Shown here: positions 36,601 to 48,400 of the stretch, piece by piece
Layout: each line of letters starts with the position of its first letter
Numbering within the stretch: the first letter of the stretch is position 1
NCBI RefSeq assembly: GCF_020745735.1
Contig: NC_083435.1
Coordinates: 36,233,090-36,297,089 of the forward strand
Direction: 5' to 3'
DNA: 64,000 bases
From: Hemiscyllium ocellatum
Taxonomy: Eukaryota
Made by a program: the position numbers and the translations under genes
Notes under the pieces: model-generated
The model's input: only the letters and a program-made list of their open reading frames with translations
Told to the model about the DNA's origin: nothing
The model's database searches: none

Positions 36601-38100
36601 ATGGGATTTAAAATTGCCAGCATCAATGTGTGTAGCATCAAATCGGCTACGCGATGTGTTTCAACGGTGGCCTTCCTGGCCAGCGTTAAAGCCGACCTCC
36701 TGTTTCTGCAGGAGTGTGGGATACCGCACCTCAGCAGCTACAGGAGATGGTCGAGCTTGTGGGCCCATGGGCAGTCAGTTTGGTCGGGGGGCAACGATAG
36801 CCGCGCCTCCGGCCTGGGTATCCTGTTGCGAGGAGGCAACGTCACCATCTCCGAGGTTAAGGAGGTGGAGGGCGGGAGCCTCCTCGTCGCCGACGTTATG
36901 TACAGGAATGCTCCCCTGAGACTGATCAATGTGTACGCCCCAGTGGGTAAGAGTGAACGGTTGGCCGTCCTGCAGCAGCTTCCACTGTTGCTGGCTACAT
37001 CCAGGCTGGTCATTCTGGCCGGAGACTTCAACTGTATCATTGATGCAGATGGACGATCCGGCGGGGGGGACAGTAAACTGGACGCCACGTCCAGTGCCCT
37101 GATGGACGCGGTAAAAGATGCCAAGCTGCACGACGTCTTCAGCACCCCTGCAGACGGAGCGCAGCGTAGATACACCTGGTCACGGGCAGACGGGTCTATC
37201 CGCTCAAGGATAGATTACCTGTTTGTGTCCCGAACGCTCTCGGTCAGATCCACCGATGTCAAGCCGGTGTTCTTCTCTGACCACTGCCTCCTGCTGGCCG
37301 ACTGTCACCTACAGAACGAGCAGCGGGTGGGTAAGGGAACGTGGAAGCTGAACACCAAGCTGTTGACCCCGGGAAACATTGAGGAGCTCAAGAGGGACTA
37401 CGCAGGTTGGAGAACCGTGAAGCCCCTCTTTGAGTCTCCAGCAGACTGGTGGGAAACAGTTAAAGGGAACATCAAGAGGTTCTTCATCCTCAAAGGTGTT
37501 CAGGAGGCGAGAGAGAGGCGGGGAAAACTGTCCCAGCTCCAGGAAAGTATGCAGAACCTGCTCCTGCTGCAGACGATGGGGGTCGATGTCACGGAGGACC
37601 TCAAGGAGGTGAAGGGCCAGCAACCCTCACTCTTTGCCTCGGAGGCCTCCAAGATAATCTTCCGGTCCAGGGTCCGCTCGGTGGAGCAGGACGAGACGTG
37701 CTCACGTTTCTTCTTCCAGAAGGTGCACAAAGAGAGCTCTGTGCTCGGCAACCTGAAGGAAGAAGACGGCTCGACAACGTCATCTCAGGCTGACGTCATG
37801 AGGATCAGTAAATCCTTCTATGCCAGTCTGTATGACGCGAAGCCAACCGACAGCTCAGCCTCCCAGTCGTTCCTGTCGTCTATCACGGAGGTCTTAGACG
37901 ACAGAACACGCGAGAGGCTGGACCAGCCGCTATCTCTGGACGAGCTGACCAAGGCCCTCGAGTCCTTCGAAAAGAATAAAACTCCTGGAAGCGATGGCTT
38001 ACCGGTCGAGCTCTATTCCGCTCTGTGGGACTTGATTGGCCAGGACCTGCTGGAGGTGTATGTCAGTATGCTTCGGGCAGGTACCATGAGCGAATCCTTG
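36601..38100 (+). mobile_element. Tx1-group ORF2 N-terminal 500 codons, uninterrupted (APE endonuclease, linker, start of RT)
   Basis: ASINV, FLQECG, NVYAP, AGDFN, SRIDY, FSDH and KTPGSDGLPVELY. Homology ends at AGTMSES; the rest of ORF 36601-38277 is unrelated read-through. Confidence 0.93.
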
Positions 38101-38346
38101 TTAGTTAGTACATTCCTTTATTATCTCTATGTTCCATTAGCTTTAACATTTTATGATTTCTGTGCGTCATCATTGTATTTTGCCCTCTGTGTAAGAATTC
38201 TTTGGTTTCTTGCCCAAGGTTACCATGTTCCTGGCATAACAGAGGTGACTTCTAGTTCATGCTTCATTATGGCCTAGTCGATCATTAGTTTCATAATTTA
38301 GCTTTTATTCATTAAACTTCAGTTTTAGTACAGAAATTACCTCACT

Positions 38347-38640
38347 NNNNNNNNNNNNNNNNNNNNNNNNNNNNNNNNNNNNNNNNNNNNNNNNNNNNNN
38401 NNNNNNNNNNNNNNNNNNNNNNNNNNNNNNNNNNNNNNNNNNNNNNNNNNNNNNNNNNNNNNNNNNNNNNNNNNNNNNNNNNNNNNNNNNNNNNNNNNNN
38501 NNNNNNNNNNNNNNNNNNNNNNNNNNNNNNNNNNNNNNNNNNNNNNNNNNNNNNNNNNNNNNNNNNNNNNNNNNNNNNNNNNNNNNNNNNNNNNNNNNNN
38601 NNNNNNNNNNNNNNNNNNNNNNNNNNNNNNNNNNNNNNNN
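38347..38640. other. Assembly gap
   Basis: Run of N. Confidence 1.
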
Positions 38641-39865
38641 TACATTAACCATATCACAGGGGACCAACCCCGGTTCAATGAGGAATGTGGGAGGGATCAC
38701 AGGAGCAGGATCAGGCAGAGATGAAAAATGATGTCTTTTTTTATTCACTGGAGAGACGTGGGAATCACTGGCTGCTGGAATTTATTTCCCATCCCTGACT
38801 GTCCTTGAGAATGTGGGGGTGAGGTACCTTCCTGAACAGCAGCAGTTCATGTGGTGGTGGGACACCCACAATGTCATTAGGGAGGGAATTCCAGGATTTT
38901 GACCCAGTGACAGTGAAGGAAGTGCAATATATTTCCAAGTCAGGATGGTGAGTGGCTTGGAGGGGAACTTGTAAGTGATGGTGTAGCTCAGTGAAGTGTC
39001 AGATCAGGATTGATCGTGCAGTAAACAGCAGAGGGAGCAGAGTCAGAACTTAGTGATTCCACAATCGATCGATAAGATCGAAGCTCTGCTGTCCTGTCAC
39101 ATCCAGGTGTGAAAATTGAACAACTCCCTGGAGGAGAAAGAGGCTTCTCATTCTGGAATGATACTTTGGTCACTGGGTTCCTGCTCCAGAGACAATAACC
39201 ATGTATCACCCCTCCCCCAGTTTTTGTATTGATTCAGTTTTTGTGGGATGTGGGTGTCTCTGACTGGCCAGCATTTATTACCCGTCCCTAGTTGCCCTTG
39301 AGAAGGTGGTGGTGATCTGCCTTCCTGAACTGCTGCAGTCTACCTCATGTGGGTTGACCCACAATGCCATGAGGGAGGGAAATCCAGGATTTTGACCAGC
39401 GACAGTGAAGGAATGGTGATATATTTCCGAGTCAGGATGGTGAGTGGCTTGGAGGGGAACATGAAGGTGGTGGTGTTCCCATATATCTGCTGACCTTGAC
39501 CTTCCAGATGGAGGTGGTTGTGGGTTTGGAAGGCACTGTTTAAGGATCTTTGATGAATTTCTGTAGATAGCAAACACTGCTGTAACTGAGTGTCAGTGAT
39601 GGAGGGACTGGATGTTGGTGGATGCAGTGCCAATCAGTTGGGTTGCTAGGTCCTGGATGGTGTCAAGCTTCTTCAGTGTTGAGATGGCTGTACACATCCA
39701 GGCAAGCAGGGAGTATTCCATCACATTCCTGACCTGGGTCTTGTTGGTGGACAGGCTTTGGGAAATCAGGAGACGAGTTACTTGCTGCAGTATCCCCAGC
39801 CTCTGACCTGCTCTTGTAGACACTGCATTTATGTGGTGAGTCCAACCGAGTTTCTGATCAATGAT
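38641..39865 (-). repeat. Outer arm of an inverted segmental duplication (partner about 6915-8150), made of CR1/L2-group LINE pieces and unique spacer
   Basis: ORF 39340-39633(-) is identical to 7154-7447(+); ORF 38988-39209(-) differs from 7578-7799(+) at 3 aa. Confidence 0.92.
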
Positions 39866-40862
39866 AACTCACTGACATACTGACATACACCTCCAGCAGG
39901 TCCTGGCCAATCAAGTCCCACAGAGCGGAATAGAGCTCGACCGGTAAGCCGTTGCTTCCGGGAGTTTTATTCTTTTCGAAGGACTCGAGGGCCTTGGTCA
40001 GCTCGTCCAGAGATAGCGGCTGGTCCAGACTCTCACGTGTTCTGTCGTCTAAGACCTCCGTGACAGACGACAGGAACGACTGGGAGGCCGCGCTGTCGAT
40101 CGGCTTCGCGTTATACAGACTGGCATAGAAGGATTTACTGATCCTCATGATGTCAGCCTGAGATGATGTTATCGAGCCGTCTTCTTCCTTCAGGCTGCTG
40201 AGCACAGAGCTCTCTTTGTGCACCTTCTGGAAGAAGAAACGTGAGCACGTCTCGTCCTGCTCCACGGTTCTCCAACCTGCGTAGTCCCCCTTGAGCTCCT
40301 CAATGTTTCCCGTGGTCAACAGCTTTGTGTTCAGCTTCCACGTTCCCTTACCCGCCCGCTGCTCGTTCTGTAGGTGACAGTCGGCCAGCAGGAGGCAGTG
40401 GTCAGAGAAGAACACCGGCTTGATGTCGGTAGATCTGACCGAGAGCGCTCGGGACACAAACAGGTAATCTATCCTTGAGCGGATAGACCCGTCTGCCCGT
40501 GACCAGGTGTATCTACGCTGCGCTCCGTCTGCAGGGGTGCTGAAGATGTTGTGCAGCTTGGCATCTTTTACCGTGTCCATCAGGGCTCTGGACGTGGCGT
40601 CCAGTTTACTGTCCCCCCCGCCGGATCGTCCATCTGCATCAATGATACAGTTGAAGTCTCCGGCCAGAATGACCAGCCTGGACGTAGCCAGCAACAGTGG
40701 AAGCTGCTGCAGGACGGCCAACCGTTCACTCTTACCCACTGGGGCGTACACATTGATCAGTCTCAGGGGAGCATTCCTGTACATAACGTCGGCGACGAGG
40801 AGGCGCCCGCCCACCACCTCCTTAACCTCGGAGATGGTGAAGTTGCTTCCTTGCAACAGGAT

Positions 40863-41075
40863 GGAGCTGAAAATGTGTTACTGGAAAAGCGCAGCAGGTC
40901 AGGCAGCATCCAAGGAGCAGGAGATTCGACGTTTCGGGCATAAGCCCTTCTTCAGGAATGAGGCTTATGCCCAAAATGTCGAATCTCCTGTTCCTTGGAT
41001 GCTGCCTGACCTGCCGGTTGTTTTCCAGCAACACATTTTCAGCTCTGATCTCCAGCATCTGCAGACCTCACTTTC
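40863..41075. mobile_element. PLE-tail (family 1) insertion arranged as an inverted repeat, with a 15-bp TSD
   Basis: TCCTYGCAACAGGAT at 40848-40862 and 41076-41090. The left half (minus) and right half (plus) are copies of the same tail. Confidence 0.85.
40924..40959 (-). ncRNA. Minimal type I hammerhead ribozyme motif
   Basis: Minus strand ATTC-CTGAAGA-A-GGGC ttat GCCC-GAAAC-GTC-GAAT; all core positions intact. Confidence 0.8.
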
Positions 41076-41851
41076 TCCTCGCAACAGGATACCCAGGCCG
41101 GAGGCGCGGCTGTCGTGCCCCCCCGACCAAACTGACTGCCCATGGGCCCACAAGCTTGACCATCTCCTGTAGCTGCTGAGGTGCGGTATCCCACACTCCT
41201 GCAGAAACAGGAGGTCGGCTTTAACGCTGGCCAGGAAGGCCATCGTAGAAACACATCGCGTAGCCGATTTGATGCTACACACATTGATGCTGGCAATTTT
41301 AAACCCCATTTTAACAATTTACAAGGTTAACAGTGTCCATTTGCTGCTGGTCTTGCTCCTCTGGGGTAGCTGTGTGCATCCCCGTGGTGACGGCAAACTG
41401 CTGGACCTTCCCAGGGCTGAGGTAGCTGTCCGGCTCCACGCTGGAGCCATTTCCCCGCTCTGGTGTCTTTGTGTCGAGCCCAGGGTCCGCACCGTCCAGT
41501 TCTCCATCTGACAGCAGGGCTGTCACAGGACCGCTGCTCCCAGTTACCTCTCCTTTTACCTGGAGCTGGTGGTGAAGAATCAGTGGACAGAGCTGAATAT
41601 AATCTGTCGAATAAATTGTTGAAAGAGGCAATTTGAGCAACACTGGAATAGATAGGCAGTAATAGAGGGAAATGGAGCAAATGCGGGCGCAGATTTGGTT
41701 ATTTGAAGGGCTTGGTCCTCTTATGAAAAGCTTTGAACACAGCGGTTTATTGCAGGATGAAGTAAGACGTGCGGTATTATCTGCCGATTTGGGTGAAACT
41801 GAATTGAACGTCGGTGCGCGGGAGATAGGAAGCCGTATGAAGCACAAGTGA

Positions 41852-41865
41852 GCGCCATCTACTGA
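41852..41865 (-). promoter_or_regulatory. CTCF-like motif just downstream of the U1 gene
   Basis: Minus strand TCAGTAGATGGCGC is a 13/14 match to CCASYAGRKGGCRS. Motif match only. Confidence 0.45.
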
Positions 41866-41889
41866 AAGATCTGCTTTTTGCTGGTAAAT

Positions 41890-42016
41890 CAGGGGAGAGC
41901 GCGAACGCAGTCCCCCACTACCACAAACTTTGCAGTCGAGTATCCCGCATTTGGGGACATCGCAGGCGTCAGCACACCCAAAGTGCAATGGGATAGCCTC
42001 GTCCTGGGAGCACCAC
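41890..42016 (-). ncRNA. RNU1: U1 snRNA gene, nt about 38-164, 5' part replaced by a Tx1 tail
   Basis: 5 differences from the 34933-35057 copy over 125 nt; Sm site reads AAGTTTGTG; followed by a 3'-box-like AAAAAGCAGA. Confidence 0.93.
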
Positions 42017-42460
42017 ATTTTTTTTTATTTCAAAAATATACTTTATTCGTTAAATATTCATAAAATAATTTGATGGACTGTACGTTAGGTAATGCCATTC
42101 ATATTTCCACATTTACATAAACAGCTCAGAATTATCATTATTACATACAGATCTGTGCATCTCTCACTCACATATTGAGCTAAGGCGTCAGCAGAGCCCA
42201 AATGACTGAAGGGCCCCCTGATCTTCTTAGACAGGCAGATGTTACACGGTGGTCTTTCCCCACCGCGTCTTGGCGGCAGCTGCCCCAAGCTTCAGCGTGT
42301 CCCTCAACACGTAGTCCTGGACCTTGGAATGTGCCAGTCTGCAACACTCAGTCGGGGTCAACTCCTTCAGCTGGAAGATCAACAGGTTTCGGACCACCCA
42401 GAGAGCGTCCTTCACCGAGTTGATGATCCTCCAGGCACAGTTGATGTTCGTCTCGGTGTC
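42017..42460 (-). mobile_element. Tx1-group LINE 3' end, 5'-truncated
   Basis: DTETNINCAWRIINSVKDALW..RWGKTTV*, 3' UTR and tail AATAAAGTATATTTTTGAAATAAAAAAAA abutting U1. Confidence 0.92.
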
Positions 42461-45400
42461 CCTGCACCACCCTGTTGCTGCTGTCCCTGCACCACCATGT
42501 TGCTGCTGTCCCTGCACCATCCTGTTACTGCTGTCCCTGACCCATCCTGTTCCTGTTGTCCCTGCACCATCCTGTTACTGCTGTCCCTGCACCATCATGT
42601 TACTGCTGTCCCTGCACCATCCTGTTACTGCTGTCCCTGCACCATCCTGTTACTGCTGTCCCTGCACCATCCTGTTACTGCTGTCCCTGCACCATCCTGT
42701 TACTGGTTTCCCTGCACCACCCTGTTACTGGTTTCCCTGCACCATCCTGTTACTGCTGTATCTGCACAATCCTGTCACTGTTGTCCCTGACCCATTCAGT
42801 TCCTGCTGTCCCTCACTCATCCTATTACTGATGTCCCTGCACCATCCTGTTACTGCTATCCCTGACCCATCCTGTTACAGCTGCCCCTGCACCATCCTGT
42901 TGCTGCTGTCTCTGCACCATCCTGTTACTGCTGTCCCTGCACCACCCTGTTCCTGCTGTCTCTGCACCATCCTGTTACTGCTCTCCCAGTAGCATCCTGT
43001 TATTGCTGTCCCTGCACCATCCTGTTACTGCTGTGCCTGCACCATCCTGTTCCTGCTGTCCTTGCACCATCCTGTTACTGCTGTCCCTGACCCATCCTAT
43101 TACTGCTGTCCCTGCACCACCCTGTTACTGTTGTCCCTGCACCATCCTGTTACTGGTTTCCCTGCACCATCCTGTTACTGCTGTCCCTGCACCACCCTGT
43201 TACTGCTGTCTCTGCACCATCCTGTTACTGCTGTATCTGCACAATCCTGTCACTGTTGTTCCTGACCCATTCTGTTCCTGCTGTCCCTGACTCATCCTAT
43301 TACTGATGTCCTGACACCATCCTGTTACTGCTGTCCCTGACCCATCGTGTTCCTGCCCTTCATGACCCATCCTGTTACTGCTGTCCCTGACCACCCTGTT
43401 ACTGCTGTCCCTGACCCACCCTGTTACTGCTGTCCCTGACCCACCCTGTTACTGCTGTCCCTGACCAATCCTGGTCCTGCTGTCTCTGACCCATCCTGTT
43501 ACTGCTGTCCCTGACCCATCTTGTTCCTGCTGTCCCTGCAGCACCCTGTTACTGCTGTCCCTGCACCATCCTGTTACTGCTGTCCCTTCACCATCCTGTT
43601 ACTGCTCTCCCTGACCATCCTGGCACTGCTGTCCCTGCACCACTCTGTTACTGCTGTCCCTGACCCATTCTGTTACTGCTGCCCCTGCACCACCCTGTTA
43701 CTGCTGTCCCTGCACCATCCTGTTACTGCTGTCCTTGCACCATCCTGTTACTGCTGTCCCTGCACCACCCTGTTATTGCTGTCCCAGATCCATCCTGTTA
43801 CTACTTGTCCCTGATCCACCCTGTTATTGTTGTCCCTGCACCATCCTGTTACTGCTGTCCGTGCACCATTATGTTACTGCTGTCCCTGCACCATTCTGTT
43901 ACTGCTGTCCCTGACCCATCCTCTTACTGCTATCCCTGCACCATCCTGTTACTGCTGTTCCTGACCCACCCTGTTACTGCTGTCCCTGCACCATCCTGTT
44001 ACTGCTGTCCCTGACCCATCCTGTTACTGCTGTCCCTGCACCATCCTGTTACTGCTGTCCCTGACCCATCCTGTTACTGCTGTCCCTGCACCATCCTGTT
44101 ACTGCTGTCCCTGACCCATCCTGTTACTGGTGTCCCTGCACCATCCTGTTTCTGCTGTCCCTGCACCATCCTGTTACTGCTGTCCTTGCACCATCCTGTT
44201 ACTGCTGTCCCTGCACCATCCTGTTACTGCTGTCCCTGACCCACACTTTTACTGCTGTCCTTGCACCATCCTGTTACTGCTGTCCCTGACCCATCCTGTT
44301 ACTGCTGCCCCTGCACCACCCTGTTACTGCTGTCCTTGCACCACCCTGTTACAGCTGCCCCTGCACCATCCTGTGACTGCTGTCCCTGTCCTATGCTATT
44401 ACTGCCGTCCCTGACCCATCCTGTTGCTGATGGCCTTGCACCATCCCGTCACTGCTGTCCCTGGTCTATCCTGTTACTGCTGTCCCTGCACCATTCTTTT
44501 ACTGCTGACCCTGCACCACCCTGTTACTGCTGTCCCTGCACCATCCTGTTACTGCTGTCCCTGCACCATCCTGTTACTGCGGTCTCTGCACCATCCTGTT
44601 ACTGCTGTCCCTGACCCAGCCTGTTACTGCTGTCCCTGACCCACCCTGTTACTGCTGTCTCTGCACCATCCTGTTACTGCTGTCCCTGACCCATCCTGTT
44701 ACTGCTGTCCCTGACCCATCCTGTTTCAGCTGTCCCTGCACCATCCTGTTACTGCTGCCCGTGCACCATCCTGTTACTGCTGTCCCTGCACCATCCTCTT
44801 ACTGCTGTCCTTGCACCATCCTGTTACTGCTGTCCTTGCACCATCCTGTTTCTGCTGTCCCTGACCCATCCTGTTACTGCTGTCCCTGACCCATCCTGTA
44901 ACTGCTGTCCCTGACCCATCCTGTTACTGCTGTCCCTGCAGCATCCTGTTAATCCTGTCCCTGATCCATTCTGTTACTGCTGTCCGTGCTCCATCCTGTT
45001 ACTGCTGTCCCTGCACCATCGTGTTGCTGCTGTCCCTGACCCATCCTATTACTGCTGTCCCAGACCCATCCTGTTACTGCTGTCCGTGCACCATCCTGTT
45101 ACTGCTGTCCCTGACCCATCCTGTTACTGCTGCCCCTGCACCATCCTGTTACAGCTGTTCGTGCACCATCCTGTTACTGCTGTGCCTGCACCATTCTGTT
45201 ACTGCTGTCCCTGCATCATCCTGTTACTGCTGTCCCTGACCCATCCTCTTACTGCTGTCCCAGATCCATCCTGTTACTGCTGTCCCTGCACCATCGTGTT
45301 GCTGCTGTCCATGACTCATCCTATTACTGTTGTCCCAGACCAATCCTGTTACTGCTGTCCCTGCACCATCCTCTTACTGCTGTCCTTGCACCATCCTGTT

Positions 45401-48400
45401 ACTGCTGTCCTTGCACCATCCTGTTACTGCTGTCTCTGCACCATCCTGTTACTGCTGTCTCTGCACCATCCTCTTACTGCTGTCCCTGACCCATCCTGTT
45501 ACTGCTGTCCCTGCACCATCCTGTTACAGCTGTTCGTGCACCATCCTGTTTCAGCTGTCCCTTCACCATCCTGTTACTGCTATCCCTGATCTATCCTCTT
45601 ACTGCTGTCCCTGACCCATCCTGTTACTGCTGTCCCTGCAGCATCCTGTTAATCCTGTCCCTGATCCATTCTGTTACTGCTGTCCGTGCTCCATCCTTTT
45701 ACTGCTGTCCCTGCACCATCGTGTTGCTGCTGTCCCTGACCCATCCTCTTACTGCTGTCCCAGACCCATCCTGTTACTGCTGTCCGTGCACCATCCTGTT
45801 ACTGCTGTCCCTGACCCATCCTGTTACTGCTGCCCCTGCACCATCCTGTTACAGCTGTTCGTGCACCATCCTGTTACTGCTGTGCCTGCACCATTCTGTT
45901 ACTGCTGTCCCTGCATCATCCTGTTACTGCTGTCCCTGCATCATCCTGTTACTGCTGTCCCTGACCCATCCTCTTACTGCTGTCCCAGATCCATCCTGTT
46001 ACTGCTGTCCCTGCACCATCGTGTTGCTGCTGTCCGTGACTCATCCTATTACTGTTGTCCCAGACCAATCCTGTTACTGCTGTCCCTGCACCATCCTGTT
46101 ACTCCTGTCCCTGACCCATCTTGTTACTGCTGTCCCTGCACCATCCTGTTACTGCTGTCCCTGACCCACCCTGTTACTGCTGTCCCTGCAGCATCCTGTT
46201 AATCCTGTCCCTGATCCATTCTGTTACTGCTGTCCGTGCACCATCCTGTTACTGCTGACCCTGACCCACCCTGTTCCTGCTGTCCTTCCACCATCCTGTT
46301 ACTGCTGTATCTGCACAATCCTGTCACTGTTGTCCCTGACCCATTCTGTTACTGCTGACCCTGACCCACCCTGTTCCTGCTGTCCTTGCACCATCCTGTT
46401 ACTGCTGTATCTGCACAATTCTGTCACTGTTGTCCCTGACCCATTCTGTTACTGCTGTCCCCGACTCATCCTATTACTGTTGTCCTGGCACCATCCTGTT
46501 ACTGCTGTCCCTGACTCATTGTGTTCCTGCCCTTCATGACCCATCCTGTTACTGCTGTCCCTGACCACCCTGTTACTGCTGTCCCCGCACCATCCTGTTA
46601 CTGCTGTCCCTTCACCATTCTGTTATTGCTGTCCCTGCACCATTCTGTTACTGCTGTCCCTGCAGCATCCTGTTACAGCTGTCCGTGCACCATCCTGTTA
46701 CTGCTGTGCCTGCACCATTCTGTTACTGTTGTCCCTGCATCATCCTGTTACTGCTGTCCCTGACCCATCCTCTTACTGCTGTCCCAGATCCATCCTGTTA
46801 CTGCTGTCCCTGCACCATTGTGTTACTGCTGTCCCTGACCCATCTTGTTACTGCTGTCCCTGACCCACCTTGTTACTGCTGTCCCTGACCCATCCTGTTA
46901 CTGCTGTCCTTGCACCATCCTGTTACTACTGTCTCTGCACCGTCCTGTTACTGCTGTCTCTGCACCATCCTGTTACTGCTGTACCTGCACCATCCTGTTA
47001 CTGCTGTCCCTGACCCATCGTGTTCCTGCCCTTCATGACCCATCCTGTTACTGCCTTCCCAGACCACCCTGTTAGTTCTGTCCCTGCACCATTCTGTTAC
47101 TGCTGTCCTTGCACCATCCTGTTACTGCTGTCCCTGATCTATCCTGTTACTGCTGTCCCTGCACCACCCTGTTACTGGTTTCCCTGCACCATCCTGTTAC
47201 TGCTGTATCTGCACAATCCTGTCACGGTTGTCCCTGACCCATTCTGTTACTGCTGTCCCTGACCACCCTGTTACTGCTGTCCTCGCACCATTCTGTTATT
47301 GCTGTCCCTGCACCATTCTGTTACTGCTGTCCCTGACCCATCCTGTTACTGCTGTCCCTGCACCATTCTGTTACTGCTGTCCCTGACCCATCCTGTTACT
47401 GCTGTCCTTGCACCATCCTGTTACTGCTGTCCCTGACCCATCCTATTACTGCTGTCCCAGACCCATCCTGTTAGTGCTGTCTCTGCACCATCCTGTTACT
47501 GCTGTCCCAGACCCATCCTGTTACTGCTGTCCCTGCACCATCCTGTTACTGCTGTCCCTGACCCATCTTGTTACTGCTGTCCGTGCACCATCCTGTTACT
47601 GCTGTCCCTGACCCATCCTGTTACTGCTGCCCCTGCACCATCCTGTTACAGCTGTTCGTGCACCATCCTGTTACTGCTGTGCCTGCACCATTCTGTTACT
47701 GCTGTCCCTGCATCATCCTGTTACTGCTGTCCCTGCATCATCCTGTTACTGCTGTCCCTGACCCATCCTCTTACTGCTGTCCCAGATCCATCCTGTTACT
47801 GCTGTCCCTGCACCATCGTGTTGCTGCTGTCCGTGACTCATCCTATTACTGTTGTCCCAGACCAATCCTGTTACTGCTGTCCCTGCACCATCCTGTTACT
47901 CCTGTCCCTGACCCATCTTGTTACTGCTGTCCCTGCACCATCCTGTTACTGCTGTCCCTGACCCACCCTGTTACTGCTGTCCTTGCACCATCCTGTTACT
48001 ACTGTCTCTGCACCATCCTGTTACTGCTGTCCCTGCACCATCCTGTTACTGCTGTCCCTGACCCATCCTGTTACTGCTGTCCCTGCACCATCCTGTTGCT
48101 GCTATCCCTGACCCATCGTATTACTGCTGTCCCTGCATCATCCTGTTAGTGCTGTCCCTGCACCATTCTGTTACTGCTATCCCTGCACCATCCTCTTACT
48201 GCTGTCCCTGACCCATCCTGTTTCAGCTGTCCCTGCACCACCCTGTTACTGGTTTCCCTGCACCATCCTGTTACTGCTGTATCTGCACAATCCTGTCACT
48301 GTTGTCCCTGACCCATTCTGTTACTGCTGCCCCTGCACCATCCTGTTACTGCTGTCCCTGCACCATCCTGTTACTGTTGTCCCCGCACCATCCTGTTACT

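Larger units (their letters stand above)
39870..41548 (-). mobile_element. Tx1-group fragment (ORF1 end plus ORF2 N-terminus) with an in-frame deletion of about 264 bp and a nested PLE-tail insertion
   Basis: ORFs 40965-41309 and 39858-40856 match 36601-38070. Junction YAGWRT|VEQDET has GTG microhomology. Confidence 0.92.

Noticed and set aside
38074-38092. GGCAGGTACCATGA resembles U1 nt 11-29 and might be the missing U1 5' part
   Set aside because: It is in-frame Tx1 ORF2 (RAGTM), on the wrong strand for the junction, and lacks GGAGA.
38101-38277. C-terminal hydrophobic extension of ORF 36601-38277
   Set aside because: Read-through into unrelated AT-rich sequence after the Tx1 breakpoint.
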